A stretch of 64,000 nt of DNA from Hydrolagus affinis (lineage: Eukaryota): the NCBI GenBank assembly GCA_012026655.1, contig JAAILG010000130.1, forward strand, positions 1-64,000. Direction: 5' to 3'. Made by a program: the position numbers and the translations under genes. The notes under the pieces were generated by a model. That model was given only the letters and a program-made list of their open reading frames with translations, had not been told where the DNA came from and did no database searches. Below are positions 48,736 through 61,646 of the stretch, piece by piece (positions within the stretch are counted from its first letter, which is position 1; each line of letters opens with the position of its first letter).

Positions 48736-49894
48736 ACAAGCTTTCCTTCTTCCTGCTTAGGGCTATGGGAATGACCAGATGAGTGGTCTTTCCTGGCCTT
48801 GTGCAGTACTGTTTTCCACCAAATCTTCCTTGACTATCTATGACTCAAATTACTTTTTCCACTCACTTACTCCCCTTCATCTATGCCTGGAAGAGCTCAA
48901 GATAGACTCTGGAATTAGGAATTATCATCCCTCCATGGACCACACAAAATAACTGGTGTATTCCATCTATTTAGTGTGATCTCGGCACTTGATGCAAAGT
49001 TCCTCAACTAATGAGACCGCTCAGCTTTGCGCTGTATATTTTATTTTATAAACTATTAAATCAAATTTTTAAATTAAATACTAACCCAACCAGAACCATT
49101 AAATGAAGAGAAGACAGCAGGCTCAAGCTAACTAACAAATTTAGACAACACCAGGAACTAACATTATGAGACACTTGTGATCTCAGTTGAGTCCACTTAT
49201 AATGATGTTGTATCCAATGGGACCCAAGGGAAAGCGGAAGTGGAAAGTAGAACCAAAGAAGAAAAATAGACTGTTTTTTACAAGACTCTTTTATCCTTTG
49301 AGCACTGTAGTTTCCCCCTCAATGCCGCCCCCCCCCCACCACCCCCTCCCCACTTTCCCCAACTCCTCCACAGATACACTATCCTTTTGGTGTCTGCACT
49401 GTCTCTTGTAAAACACTCATAAGTCTTCACTCTATGTAAAGGTAGTGTGTTTAAAGGCAAGTTGTTGCAGTTGTTCGCTCAGACAGAGCTGCCAGAACTA
49501 CCAGCCAGTGTAGTCCTTGAGAATATTTCTCTGTTACTCTACTCACCTCCATCTATAAATGTAATTTTGCTGTTGTTGTTCATCGCGTCTCAGGGTTTTT
49601 CACAAGTGTGTTTTGGTATTGGTCTATGAAGCAATAGTTTTTGATTAATAGTAAGGCTTCTTCTCATTCCAAACTTTCTTATAGTTTAAATATTCTTTAC
49701 ATCCACATCTCCATTTCTCTTTGTGTCTGGTGGTGTCTTCTCAATGCAAAAGGCACTGGAATCAATGGAAATTATTATTCTTTGTTGCGCTCCTTTCTTC
49801 TCAAGTAATGGAGCGAGTATAGCTGAGACTTACTAGCATATCACTAGGCATGTGAGGGCCCAACTGTACACTGTATAGCAAGATCGAACAGACT

Positions 49895-50245
49895 AGAACT
49901 GTTGTCTATGAAGATGAGACAATCGAGTGTTGAGACCTGATCATGGTGTTTAAAATGAAAAGATTCGAGAAGACGCACGTAAAATAGTTTCTTTCCATTT
50001 GTTGATGAATCCAAAAAGAATGGGCATTAGTATGCTCTGCATGAGATAGCAGATCGAACAGATACAGGTTCAGAGACATAGAGTTTTGAGACAGATATCG
50101 GAGTATTCTTGGCATAGAGGGTGCTTAATGACTGGAACAGGTCATCAAAAGGGTGATTTTGACTCAATTAAGAAACAGCTTGATGTTGTGATGGGAACAT
50201 AGTAGGGGTGGATGTTCAGGAAAGATGAGATCAGATGGGCTGATC
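49895..50245 (+). mobile_element. CR1 3' end
   Basis: DLIMVFKM-like remnant, then AGAGGGTGCTTAATGACTGGAACAGG and GATGAGATCAGATGGGCTGA. Confidence 0.75.
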
Positions 50246-50679
50246 TTGTGAATGTGTGTGGGACGATAACAACAACAATTTGTGTTTGCATAGCTTCCTT
50301 CATGTGGGGGAGCACTCGGAGGGACCTTGCTGGTGCATTTGCCTAAAACAGCCGCTACAGCTGACAGCAACTGTTATCAAGCATTTTTTTAGACACTTTG
50401 ACTTAAGGTACTATATAAAAAAAAACGCAAGTTCTGTCTGCCGATTTGGTGCAGTCAAAGATCAGGGTGAATCCCGCTCTGTGAATGAACACTTCAATGG
50501 GGAAACAACAATAAAAACACATTTCAGGGGGAATACTGCCACAATGATAATTGTCCCAGGTTCCCAGCAAGCATTGGAGTGCCATTGGTGACACATTTGT
50601 CTTGTACCAGTTGTGCCCTGATATTGCATATACTGTACATCAAACACAAATTGGATCTCGTGAAGTCTCAAATGAATCT

Positions 50680-50947
50680 TTGCTTTCAGCCTTTAGCCAC
50701 TCTGCCCCCAACCTCTGGAACTCCATCCCGCAGTCCCTCCGCCTTGCCCCCTCCCTGGCAAGGGGAATTCAAGTCCTGCCTCAAGACTCTCCTCTTCAAT
50801 GATCCCATTGGCAACTCTTAATCCCCCACTTCCCTCCCACCCAACACCCGTCCCCAGCTAGGGTCTGAAAGAATGACTGTCCAGCGCCATGGGACATCCT
50901 CCTGACGTGAAAGGCGCTATTTAAGTGTAATTTTGTTATTGTTGTTG
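50680..50947 (+). mobile_element. L2 3' end
   Basis: AFSHSAPNLWNSIPQSLRLAPSL / FKSCLKTLLF plus tail AGCGCCATGGGACATCC..GAAAGGCGCTATTTAAGTGTAATTTT(GTT)n. Confidence 0.9.
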
Positions 50948-52177
50948 TATTCTGGTTACCAATAGCCTAGAAATTTTAAAAAGATCTTTTAATTCCAGGC
51001 TGTTTGTTGGACATTTTTGTTTGCCGGAGGACAAATCTCTGTGCACCTGCTAGGGTGTCCTACGTGGTAGTTATTCAATCACATTTGGCTACAAATGCAG
51101 TCACTAAACTTAACAGAAACAAATCTGTGAGAAGCTAAACTCTATTGCGGTGGTTAAGTGGTGGTTAAGTGCAATCTGAAATGCAAACTGTAGCTATTTC
51201 TGGGATAGCAACAACATTTACATAGCGCCATTCACGTTAGATATTTGAGGGAGGCTGAGAGGAAGGTGTCCAGGTGTGATCTGAAGATGGGCAAGGCGGC
51301 AGGATATGTACGCTTTGTCCTATCTTTTTTCCCCCCAAAATGCCGTTCTTCATAAACATTATGCAAACACAGCGCAGACTCTTGCAATTCTGCTTCAGAT
51401 TTGTCAAATGCCTTGATTTTTCCAGCAGTTAACTTCCGATTCAATTCCAAACCCATTGTCAGCGGTTACGTCACAAACTTAATGGCATCTCAAGCGGACG
51501 AAACTGGCTGATGGCTGGTGACACCACACCGCAGAGAGGGAAGAAAAGAGGGGCTGCAACAAAGCTGCTTTGGCAAACCGCAACAAAAAAAAATCCCAAC
51601 AGATATGAGGAATTAATTACGGAGAAAATAGCCTGATCTCTAGGTTCGGATGACAAGAACCACTTGATCTTTCCTCTTGCAGTTCATGATGTCATCTGCA
51701 CTCCTTGAATGCGTTACTTCCTTGTAATCATTCCCTCCCCTTCATTGTTCGCCATATAATACCCTTCTGTGAATCACATGACAATATTATTGTACCTTCG
51801 TGACCTCACAATAGACTCCCACAGTCTTCGCTCGATATAATTTGAGCTCGGCTTTCAACGCTCGTTGCCATTGTTTCCTCTTTATTGAAATTATAGCGTA
51901 TAATAAATTATAGATTGTAGTCGGTGACTATAAGGCTGCAATTTAAATCTTGGGGTCGAGTTTGTCATTTGAGCGCCCCGACAACAAAATTATACACTTA
52001 TTAAACTCTCAACCATCTATAAATCTATTTGTCTTCTCTTTTCAAATGCAAGTGCAAACTACTTTCTCCCACAATAGTTTCTTTTATTGCGTATTTTAAC
52101 TCGCTACTTTGGCGTCCAACTACACTATATTGGAGAAATAATAGACCAATTATTTTTTTCTGTCTTCCGTTTTTCAT

Positions 52178-52388
52178 TCGTAGTGGTTAGAGCGCTCGCC
52201 TCTCAAGCGGAAGAAGCCAATTTGATTCCTGCTCCTCAATTTGGTCCCTCAATCCACGACTATGCACGATTGGCTGCCGAGTTTTGCCCACGAAATACAC
52301 GGTCAGTCCTCTTTACAATATGTATTCTGTGAAGCACTTTGAGACATGATCAGAGGCTATATAGAAGCAAAGATTATCATTATTATTT
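52178..52388 (+). mobile_element. Internally deleted tRNA-SINE
   Basis: GTAGTGGTTAGAGCGCTCGCCTCTCAAGCG head joined to the 3' half. Confidence 0.8.
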
Positions 52389-53189
52389 TTGTCGTTATTA
52401 CTATATTCACTGGCACGGAGCATCAAATTGTATGAACTCACAATCTGCAATGTTTCTCTTGCCTAGTTTGGCGTCAGTAACCAGAAGTCTAGTTGGATCC
52501 CCTTGGAATTCTGTCTTTAACGTGGGGTCCGTTAATAGCTCTTGATACGTTCCTACTCACAATTGAACACATTTCCCATTAATAAAAAAAAAGAACAAAC
52601 GCAATCCGGTCTCTCTTAGTACTTTGGGGGACATTTAAAGGCATTACTCAGAGTTAATATACTGAAATTTGTCTTAACCAGCTTTTCCACGTAACACTGA
52701 ATTAAAACTAGTCAGTGAAAAATTGTAAAGCATTAGAGTCTCGGGAGCTTCTCCCCGCCCCCTCCCCAGTTTGCATATTTAGTTGCTTAATTCACTGCCT
52801 CCTGCTGTTACAGGTTCTGACTTTTAAATACTAAGCATTCCATTCAGTCGGATTTCAAGAATAAAGAGCATTTATTTTAGCAGAGCGAGCATGATTTACA
52901 ACCATTTGATAAACATTTCTGACAGCTCATAGTTATTCAGACATAACTCAGTTCAAGGTTTTTACAGAACGGGCCCAAACTCTTGTAGCACTGGAGTCTT
53001 CCATTAAAAATATTGAGAATTATTCCATGTTACAGCGTCTTTTGCTTTGGGAGGTCGTCCCAAAGTGCTTCACATAATATATTGTCAAGGATCATGAGGC
53101 AATTAATTCGCACATAGCAACATCCTACAAATCAAGTAAAATAATCAATTTTATTTGGGGGATTGTTAGCTAAGATACCTCCCTTGCGA

Positions 53190-53360
53190 AGTCCTGTAGC
53201 ATGTTGGATAGAGCGCTCGCCCCGTACCTGGGCTGTTACATTTCGCTCACAAAGTACACTTTATTCAAATTCAATTCACTTTACAGTATTTCTGTGAAGT
53301 GCTTTGGGACACACGATAAGGCACTATATGTAATCCAAGCATTATTACAATTATTATTCT
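53190..53360 (+). mobile_element. Internally deleted tRNA-SINE
   Basis: AGTCCTGTAGC..TAGAGCGCTCGCC head joined to the tail; sits within decayed minus-strand Deu-SINE pieces (~53030-53185, 53400-53560). Confidence 0.75.
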
Positions 53361-54139
53361 CTTTTCAAATAGTGCCCTGGAAGCGATAAAAGATCAGCAA
53401 GATGGGACCTCAGTTCAACATCTCACCTGAAGGACCTCCAACAATACAACACTGTGTCTCATCCCTGTACTGTGGTTTCAGCCTGGACTAGGGGTTCAAT
53501 TTTGGTCCTAATTTTGGACTTGAATCGAAAGACCTTCTAACTCAGAGGTGAGTGTGAGCCAGGCTAGATGAGTAGCAAACTCAGCGCCATAGAATGGACA
53601 ATGTATGAAGGTTATTTGTGTTTAGCTTCACCTGCCCCATTCACTGATGTTGACTATAATTGTGTTCCGTCACCTTTATAGCATGACCGTTTATTTGTAA
53701 TCGGTTATTGTTCATTTCTAATCTACGATAGTTGTACAAGAGACATGCGTAATACACCCTCGGTATATTCAAGTACTTGTACTGCACTTTCTTTCTGATT
53801 CCTAGTTATGTATCACATACAATCAAGCTCAATAAAAGTTTAATAAGCAACACAGCTTCTGAACAGACTATTTGTGGTTTTCCATGCTGGGTAATGGTTT
53901 GGCATATATTTCGTTTTTTTTTATTGATAATTTGCATTGCTTACCTCCCATACTGTATGCTTTTCTCATTAAGACCCATCATTTATAAAGTCAAATTAAG
54001 AATAATTGGGGAAAAAAAAACACACTTTAGAGGTTTCCTTTCAAACTATCGTAATTCATTGCCGGCAGAAATGAGTTTCTGCGCAATGAACTGCACAATG
54101 ATATTCAAGACAACTTACAGGTAGTTTAAAGAAATGATC

Positions 54140-54770
54140 ATTAAAATCCTTTCATTTGATTATTATTATGTCATTGAGACGCTTCAAAGCGCTTCACAGG
54201 ATATACTGTAGTTGTAGCTCAGCAGTTAGACTGCTCGATTTGCAAGCGACAAAAATCTGGGTTTGATTCCGGGCAGGGCAACACAATGGGTAAGTTTCCT
54301 TATTCCATCCAGCTCTATTTACCTAGCAGTAAGTAAATAGGAACCTGGTTTTGGTAGTCGATTGGTGGATTGTTTTTCCAGGGGTAATAATTCCTTCCGC
54401 CTCCACAAATTTTTAAAATAAATTTGGTACTCAATCCATGACTATTTGTAGGATACTATGATGTACAATTGGCTGCTGCGTTTCACTAACAAAACATAGT
54501 CAATTTACTTTCCAGTATATTCTGTGAAGCGCTTTGAGACATCTTGGAGATGTGATAAGGCGCTGTATCAAATGCAAGGATTATCATTGTTATCATCAAG
54601 TGAATTGACTGTGTATATTGTGGAGAAAATGCAACAGCCAGTTTCCCAGAACACTGTCGCACGAACAGCCATGGAATGAGTAACCAATTTAATTTGGGGG
54701 ATTAAGTTGGCCAGGATAGTGCCAGGATGGGATTGTTAATGTCCACCTGAACCAGGCAGATATTGTCTTA
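54140..54770 (-). mobile_element. Older SINE interrupted by a long-form SINE
   Basis: ...CACAGGATATACTGTA resumes as AAGTGAATTGACTGTG... after the insert and continues into Deu-type sequence (AATGTCCACCTGAAC). Confidence 0.8.
54212..54597 (+). mobile_element. Full-length long-form tRNA-SINE
   Basis: TGTAGCTCAGCAGTTAG head, B box GTTTGATTCC, central ACCTAGCAGTAAGTAAATAGGAACCTGG segment and tail. Confidence 0.92.
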
Positions 54771-54819
54771 TCCGATGGATGGAATCAATAAAGGTTCCTG
54801 AAGGTATCAGCCTGGATTA

Positions 54820-54990
54820 GTTGGCTGCATTCTCACTTCCGAATCAGACGGTCGTGGGTTCAAGCCCCAAGCCCGGACTCCGGACTCATCCAGTCTAGGC
54901 TGACATTGCATTATCAGCAGTGCAGTCATGCAGGGGAAATGTTAAACTGAGATCCCCTCTGACTGTTCATATGAACATTTCCATGATGGC
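54820..54990 (+). mobile_element. Deu-SINE 5' part
   Basis: TCTCACTTCCGAATCAGACGGTCGTGGGTTCAAGCCCCA..TCTAGGCTGACA..ATGTTAAACTGAG. Confidence 0.8.
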
Positions 54991-55548
54991 TTTTCCGCAC
55001 CCCAGCTCCCTGCACAGACATTCCATCGTTCCCCTTCCCTGTGCCCACACCCCCAACCTCCTTCTTGCCCAAACCCGCTCACTCCCCTCCCCTCCACGCA
55101 TGTACACACAAACGCACACATGTGGGTCTGCTTTTAAACTGCTTCACCACCTCATGTGAAAATTAACACTTGTGAGAGAAGATGAATAAACCACATCAAG
55201 CAGCTTGGCATGCCACAAAAAATGATTGATTGAGGGAGAGAGAGAGAGAGAGAGAGAAAGGAAGAAAAGTCCTATCCCATTCACCAACTACCATAAGCCA
55301 CTCTGCCAAACGGCTTTTTGCCAGGAACGAGAAACTGTTTTTTTTTACCTAGTTATAAAAAGGAAATAAGGGATTTGCGGGATTCTAGCCAAAGGTTTGG
55401 GTTCAAATGCCACGGTTTGAGCAGAGATTCCTCCCGAGCAGCTGTGTGCAGGCAAATCATGTGCATCTGAGTGTAAGGAGGGAGATGGTGTTGGGGGCAG
55501 GGCAAGGCTGGCTGGCAACCATGGAAGCAGGCAGCATCAAAGGACTCT

Positions 55549-55565
55549 TGCCAGCAGGTGGCGAC
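55549..55565 (+). promoter_or_regulatory. Candidate CTCF binding site
   Basis: TGCCAGCAGGTGGCGAC matches the CTCF core CCASYAGRKGGCR in repeat-free DNA; CAGGTG is also an E-box. Confidence 0.45.
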
Positions 55566-56221
55566 AACATGACATGTGGTGGGGGAGGGGGGGTGGGTGG
55601 GTTGGGGGGAAATACAAAGCAAACCCATCCCCCCCACCCCCCCCCCCACCCACCAGCACCATCCCACATTCAATAAAATCTGCATTGTGTATTGTTGCTA
55701 TGGAATTGCCTTGTCACGAGACCGTTTGATGCATAAGAGAGAAGGGGATGGTGGGGTGTGGGGGGGAGGCTTGAAAAATTCTGTTGCAGCTCCTTGCCTG
55801 TGATGTGACAGACTTTGTGGGCTCGTGCAGTGCCCATTCTGGCAAACATGCGTAAATTCCCTTTATCTTTCTTTTCTCCTCCACACCTCCCCCCACCCCC
55901 CACCATATTAAAAAAATAGTGCAAATCTACCGTTCAAATGACTGGCATATCGCGGGTAACCAACCACTACTTTGCTTGCAAGCAGTACAATTAAGTACAA
56001 TTACACGTGCGTGAATGTGTGTGTAATTTTAAAAAGGTGCATTTATGACAGGAAAACAACAATTCTTGACTTAGATGCCAATTGATTTTCAGTTTGGGGA
56101 ATCTTTCTGAGCGATTCTGAATACAAATTGAAATTTTTTTCACCACTACTGTATCGGCCACAAAATACTCACTGAATGCACTGTGCAATATATTCTGTCG
56201 AAACTGTATTTTCAAAATTTC

Positions 56222-56582
56222 ATAATAATCATGCATTTGATATAACACCTTATCACGTCCTCGAGACACCTCAAAGAGCTTCACAGAATGTACTGTATAA
56301 TGAATTGATTGTATATTTTGTGGGCAAAATGTGGCAGCCAATTGTGCACAGCAGTGGCCCACACACAGTCGTGGAATGAGTGACCCAAAACATTTTTTTA
56401 AGGTACTATTTTACCCCTGGAAAATTGATCCACCAATCGACTAACAACTGGGTTCCTACTTCCTACTTACTGCTCGGGAAACAGACATGTGGAGAAAGGA
56501 TACTTGTCTAACATTTCACCCTGTCTGGGAATCAAACTCAGGTTCTCTCGCTTGTGAGGCGAGTGTGCTAACCACAGGACTC
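56222..56582 (-). mobile_element. Long-form tRNA-SINE, near full length
   Basis: Reverse copy with head, central segment (CCACCAATCGACTAACAACTGGGTTCCTAC) and tail. Confidence 0.92.
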
Positions 56583-57159
56583 ACCGCAGCATGTCTGATT
56601 TACTTGCTGAAACACTGTAAAAGGAATAACAAAGGTTACATGGAGAATCCAGCTCTCTATACCGTGTTAACAATCTGACTTCACTCTAATCTCAGAACTA
56701 TTCGCTTTCTAACTATGTCACTCTGTTTAATTTCTGGCAACAGCCTTCAGTGAGCCATCAATTATTCAAACTGATCGTCACAAGTTGCTGACGATGAGAA
56801 ATAACGTGAAGTTAGATGGGCAGTTGTGGGTGACTGAGATTATATATCATCAGCCTTCATTCAACCAAACTTCCGTTAATCCCATTTGTTACACCTTAAT
56901 GTTGGGTACTGTACTAACCGCTGTTTCTCCTAAGTGCAAGGCTGATTTCCACTGAATGAAGCTAAAGTGATCATGTCACAATTGTTGCACGTTTAGTCTA
57001 GCAGCAGAATGCTTATCAGTGAGAGGCTTGACACGAGAAAACAAAAATGTCAAAAGGCGGAATGAAACTCCAGTGTGTAAAGACATTGCTCTAAATATTT
57101 ATTCCACAAGTAAAAGTCATACACAACCAACCTAGAATATTAATCCATAATACTGTACT

Positions 57160-57410
57160 AGGTGTTAGCCCATCTCAATTGGTAGCACTCTCACCACTGT
57201 GTCAGCGGATTGTGGATTCAAGCCCCAAATTGGGACTTTCAATTCATATGGTATAGGTTGATACTCAAATGTAGTGCTGTATTGTTGGAGGGGCCATCTA
57301 TCAAATGGGAGCTTAAACCAAGTTCCCATCTAGAAACTAAAGATCCCATGTCACTATTCGAAAATGGAACAGAGTTTCCCCTGGTCTCCCAGCCAAGAAT
57401 CCCCCCAGTG
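57160..57410 (+). mobile_element. Deu-SINE 5' part
   Basis: TCAATTGGTAGCACTCTCACC..TTCAAGCCCCA..AAAGATCCCATGTCACTATTCGAA. Confidence 0.82.
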
Positions 57411-58166
57411 TTTGTGTGCTTGTGTATGTCTCACACTTTCCATGAACGTATCATTGGTATGCATGTGCTTGTGTGTGTGTGTGTGTGTGTGTGTGAGAGC
57501 ATCTCAGGCTATTTGTGAGTGTGTGTGTGTTTGAGTGTTGAAGTGGTTTGCAGGGCTACAGTATTTTTGTTGACTGGTTCCTGTGTTAGCTGGCCTGTGC
57601 CGTTTCTCATGTGTTGTCGATGTTCCTTCCTGAAACATCAGTGGGTTACTGTACACACCACTGCCACTCACAAATGTTTAGTGGCAGACATGGTCAGGGA
57701 ATTGCCATGGTTACTGCCGGCACTTGCTGATGGAGAGAGCAGCCGGGTATCTATTCAATTACTTGGGATTCGCGGCTGCCTCATTGGGAATATGTATTAG
57801 CCTGGTCCGTATGTATGTGAAACATGTGTATATTGTGCACGTTAACATGTAGTTGACTTGCGACCCAATGGGCCAATGTTTCTTTGAGTGGGAAAGCTCT
57901 GAAATATTCTGCCTCAATTCAGCTACCTTGTCCCCTTCTCTCTTTTTTCACGTCCTACCTGATAACGTTACTTTTCAACTGTGCTTACAAGTCAACTCAA
58001 CTGTGTTTCACATACACACCACCCACCCCGGCTCCGAGTCAGACCTCACCATCGTTAACATTTACTGTAGATACATTAGCTGTCACATTTGCCCCCCAAA
58101 ATGCAGACATTACAATTTACAGTATATGATTTCAGCCATTTTGATGCGATGAGTAGCTATAGTCAT

Positions 58167-58508
58167 GGAGTCCTGTAATTTAGTAGTTAGAGCACTTGCC
58201 TCGCAAGTGAGAGGATCTGGGTTCGAACTTATACTGGGAGAAACGTTGGGCAAGTTACCTAACTCGACATGCCTCTGTTTACCTAGCTGTAAGTATGAAC
58301 CCAGTTGTTAGTCAATTTTCTGGGGATAGTAAATCTTGGAAACAAATAATAATTTGATCAGTCAATTCACGACAGTTTGTGGGACATTACTCTCCACAAT
58401 TGTCCGCGTTTCAGCCACAAAATTTACAGAGAATTCAATTTCTGTGAAATACTTTGAGACGTCTAGAAGATGTGAAACGGCGTTATATCAAATGCAAGGA
58501 TTATTATG
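58167..58508 (+). mobile_element. Long-form tRNA-SINE, full length
   Basis: GGAGTCCTGTAATTTAGTAGTTAGAGCAC..GGTTCGAAC..GCCTCTGTTTACCTAGCTGTAAG.. then tail. Confidence 0.92.
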
Positions 58509-59504
58509 ATAGCAACTTCAAGGATTACCATTATTATACTGATGGCTCAACACTGTGAATAGGCGCTATATCGAATGCGAGTATTATTAATGTTATTATT
58601 GTTGAAGTAATATAGTGGGAGCAAAATTCACCTTCAATTGTTAAAGCAAGTGAAGAAAAATAACAAGCTGTGTGCCTACAACTTGCATTTATTATAGTGC
58701 CTTCTGCAGGTAGCGTCTCAAAGTCTTACATTTACAGTATTATCTGACCGACATCCCTTCCCCCTCAAATGTATAGAGACATACAGTCGTTCACTGTATG
58801 GCTCTCCATTTTTCTGTGTTACAACAAGACCTTCTCAACTATTGCCAGCTGGCTGAACGGAGAACACTGGGGTTCCCCTGAGGTGTTGAAACAAGGATCA
58901 CAGGGCAGGGTCTTGTCAGAGAGACTGAATTTTATGTGTTGCGGCTGATGCTGTAAGCGAACAAGCTCTACCATGGCTGCCCTGACTGACAGCTCAACCG
59001 ATGGAATCGTTCACTGGGACAGGGCCACTCGGGGTCTGAGTTGGGACATTCCCTGACCCGATTGCTTAATAAGGCAGCGAGTCAGAGAGATGGCCTGAGT
59101 GATCGCAAGAGGAACATTTTCATCTCAGCTCTGATAGTGGAGGTGGCTTTGACATGAGCATGGTCTGGTTGTGTGTGGGACCTTCCTCTTTGTGTGTGTG
59201 TGTGTGCGTGTGCGTGTGTGTGTGTGCAAAAATATATTTCCAGTTGCTGATTCGAGTCTCCATTTACAATTTAGATTTCTTATTAAGCAGCGTTTCTGGG
59301 TTTAGATTTTCTGGAGACACAAGTCATGTCAGTCATGTCGCTCTACTATGCTGGACTGCATTATTACTCATTGTCAGGAATCGTGCATTTTCAAATCAAG
59401 TGGACGGTGGAATAGATGCTACTTAGGATAGGGGTGAGGAGCGTGAGGATTAATTTGTGTGGAGGAGGGTTAAGATGCATTGGTGGGGGTGGAAGGGTGG
59501 GTGT

Positions 59505-59706
59505 TATAATATAATTTACAAAAACCATAATAATAAAAATTGGTCATTTCAATCCACGACTGTTTGTGGGACACTGCTGTGCGCAATTGGCTGCCGCATT
59601 TCGCCCACAAATATACAGTCAATTCACTTTACAGTATATTCTGTGAAGCGCTTTGAGACGTCAATAAGATATGAAAAGCACTATATCAAATGCAAGGATT
59701 ATTATT
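59505..59706 (+). mobile_element. Young SINE, 5'-truncated (left arm of palindrome)
   Basis: Near-consensus 3' two-thirds ending in (ATT)n. Confidence 0.95.
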
Positions 59707-60004
59707 ATTATAATCCTTGCATTTGATATAGCACTTTTTACATCTTCCAGATGTCTCAAAGCACTTCAAAATAGACCGTAAAGTGAATTGACTGTATATT
59801 TGTGGGCGAAACGTGGCAGCCAATTGCACACAGCAGTGTCCCACAAACAGTCGTGGATTGAAATGACCAATTTATTATAAGTTTTTTTGTAGGGATTGTT
59901 ATTAGGCGTATGGAGTAAAGAAACTTGCCCTGACCTGCCTGGATTCGAAACACAGGCCTCACACTTGTAAGGTGACTGCTCTAACCACTGAGCTACAGGA
60001 CTCC
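59707..60004 (-). mobile_element. Full-length young SINE (right arm of palindrome)
   Basis: Complete reverse copy whose tail abuts the tail of the preceding copy. Confidence 0.95.
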
Positions 60005-60799
60005 ACAATCTGCATAGGGTAACGTTGGAGGAGGGATCTGATTGAAGGGGGACTGTTGGGTGGGGAGGATGCTCTTTATGGTATCGTTGCAGTGGGTGGA
60101 GGGGTCATATCTGCAGAGAAGCGGAAGAATAAAAATGGGTGAGAAGTTTGCACAAACTCAAAAAAAAAAGGTGAGATTTTCCAGGACTCTGTGAAGGCAA
60201 TACAAATACTTCCTTTCACATCCCAAGTTCTTAAGAGAGTTATTGCAAGTAGGCAGTAACCTGTGTGCTCCCTGCATGTGGCCACATTACCTGTGTTATT
60301 GGAACCAGTCGCTACCTTTGGGAGAGTTTTTGCAATTGGTTTAGTTGATTGCAGCTAATTTAACCATGTCCCTTAATCCACAGATTAATTCTGTGCCTTG
60401 TTACCATGATGGAAACCAGAATTTCCACTTCCCTGGAAAGTCACATTTAGAAATTTTACAACATTGTATGGGGCTTAATATGAGCCAGATTTCAAGCTAT
60501 TTCCTCAGTGAGCGGGCTCCTATCAGAGAATGTTATAGACTGTTGCTCTGCGGCAATTATGCTCCAGGCTGAATATGGCCCGGATTTTTGTCTGGAAATC
60601 GTTTTCATATGAGAATGGGATAGTAATATTTGAAAATCAAACTGCTGGGAGGATGGAGAGAATTCAATGCTTCTTAAACTGATTTGATAATCGAGGTCTA
60701 TGAATGAAATGCTGTAATCGCAATCTGAGTTTTAAATCTTGCCTCCATCCACTTGGCACACCACATCACTCTGCCGTAGAGCTACTGCCCGCTTGTGCC

Positions 60800-61292
60800 C
60801 TCTACACCACTCCTCCAGAGCCCATATATCTTTCCCGAGTTGCCCAAAACTGATGCAGTCTCCTTATGGGATCTGACCAAGACTCTATAAAATTGCAGAA
60901 GCATCATTTCCTCTCTCAATGCTAACCCCCTTAAAATAAAGGCCAACAACCCATTAGCCTTTTTGATAACTTTTTGTACCTGTGAGCTTGCTTTTAGTGA
61001 TGTGTGGCTGTGAACACCCAAATCCCCTTGTTCCTCCATAATTCTTAGTTTCTCACCATTTAGAAAATATTCTGTCGTGCTATTTTTGGATCCAAAGTGG
61101 ATGACTTCACACTTCCTTACATTGAAATCCACCTGCCATAGTTTTGCCACTAGCTCAATCCGTCTAAGTCCCCTTATAATTTCCTGCTCCCATCTACACA
61201 ATTTGCTGTTCTTCCTTACTTTGTGTCATTTGCAAATTTTGATATAAAACTCCACTCCTTTATCCAAGTCACATAGGTATATGCTGAAAAGC
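60800..61292 (-). mobile_element. CR1 ORF2 reverse transcriptase fragment, disabled
   Basis: FSIYLCDLDKGV / SKFANDTK* / WQVDFNVRKCEVIHFG..YFLNGEKL..EQGDLGVH..LKASSQVQKVIKKANGLLAFI..LQFYRVLVRSH. Confidence 0.95.
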
Positions 61293-61294
61293 TG

Positions 61295-61515
61295 CCCAAC
61301 GTTTGGAATTCCTTTCTGCAATCCCTCCATCTTGCCCTCACGCTAGCCTCCTTCAAGTCCCGCCTCAAGACCCTCCACATCGACCGTGCCATCGGTCACC
61401 ACCCCCACCTCCCTCCACCCCCTCCCCAGCTCGGGTCCGAAATGCGGACTGTTCAGAGTCTTGGGACGTCCTCCCAACATGAAAGGTGCTATAGGCTTAT
61501 CATTTTGTTGTGGTT
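61295..61515 (+). mobile_element. L2 3' end
   Basis: PNVWNSFLQSLHLAPTLASFKSRLKTL plus TTGGGACGTCCTCCCAACATGAAAGGTGCTATA tail. Confidence 0.9.
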
Positions 61516-61588
61516 CTTTTCCTGCAAGTTATAAGGAGAATGGTGTTTTAGGAGAATGTAGGACCTAGCGCAGTGATTTCTGAAACAC

Positions 61589-61646
<58 letters not shown>
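61589..61646. repeat. (AGTT)n tetranucleotide microsatellite, ~14 units
   Basis: Read directly; a perfect array. Confidence 0.97.

Noticed and set aside
59457-60008. Recurring peptide NWSFQSTTVCGTLLCAIGC in many ORFs, suggesting a gene family
   Set aside because: It is an incidental translation of the SINE body; the frames are not preserved between copies.
60782-61201. 139-aa ORF
   Set aside because: A CR1 ORF2 fragment with a degenerate catalytic motif (FAND) and a stop upstream; not a host gene.
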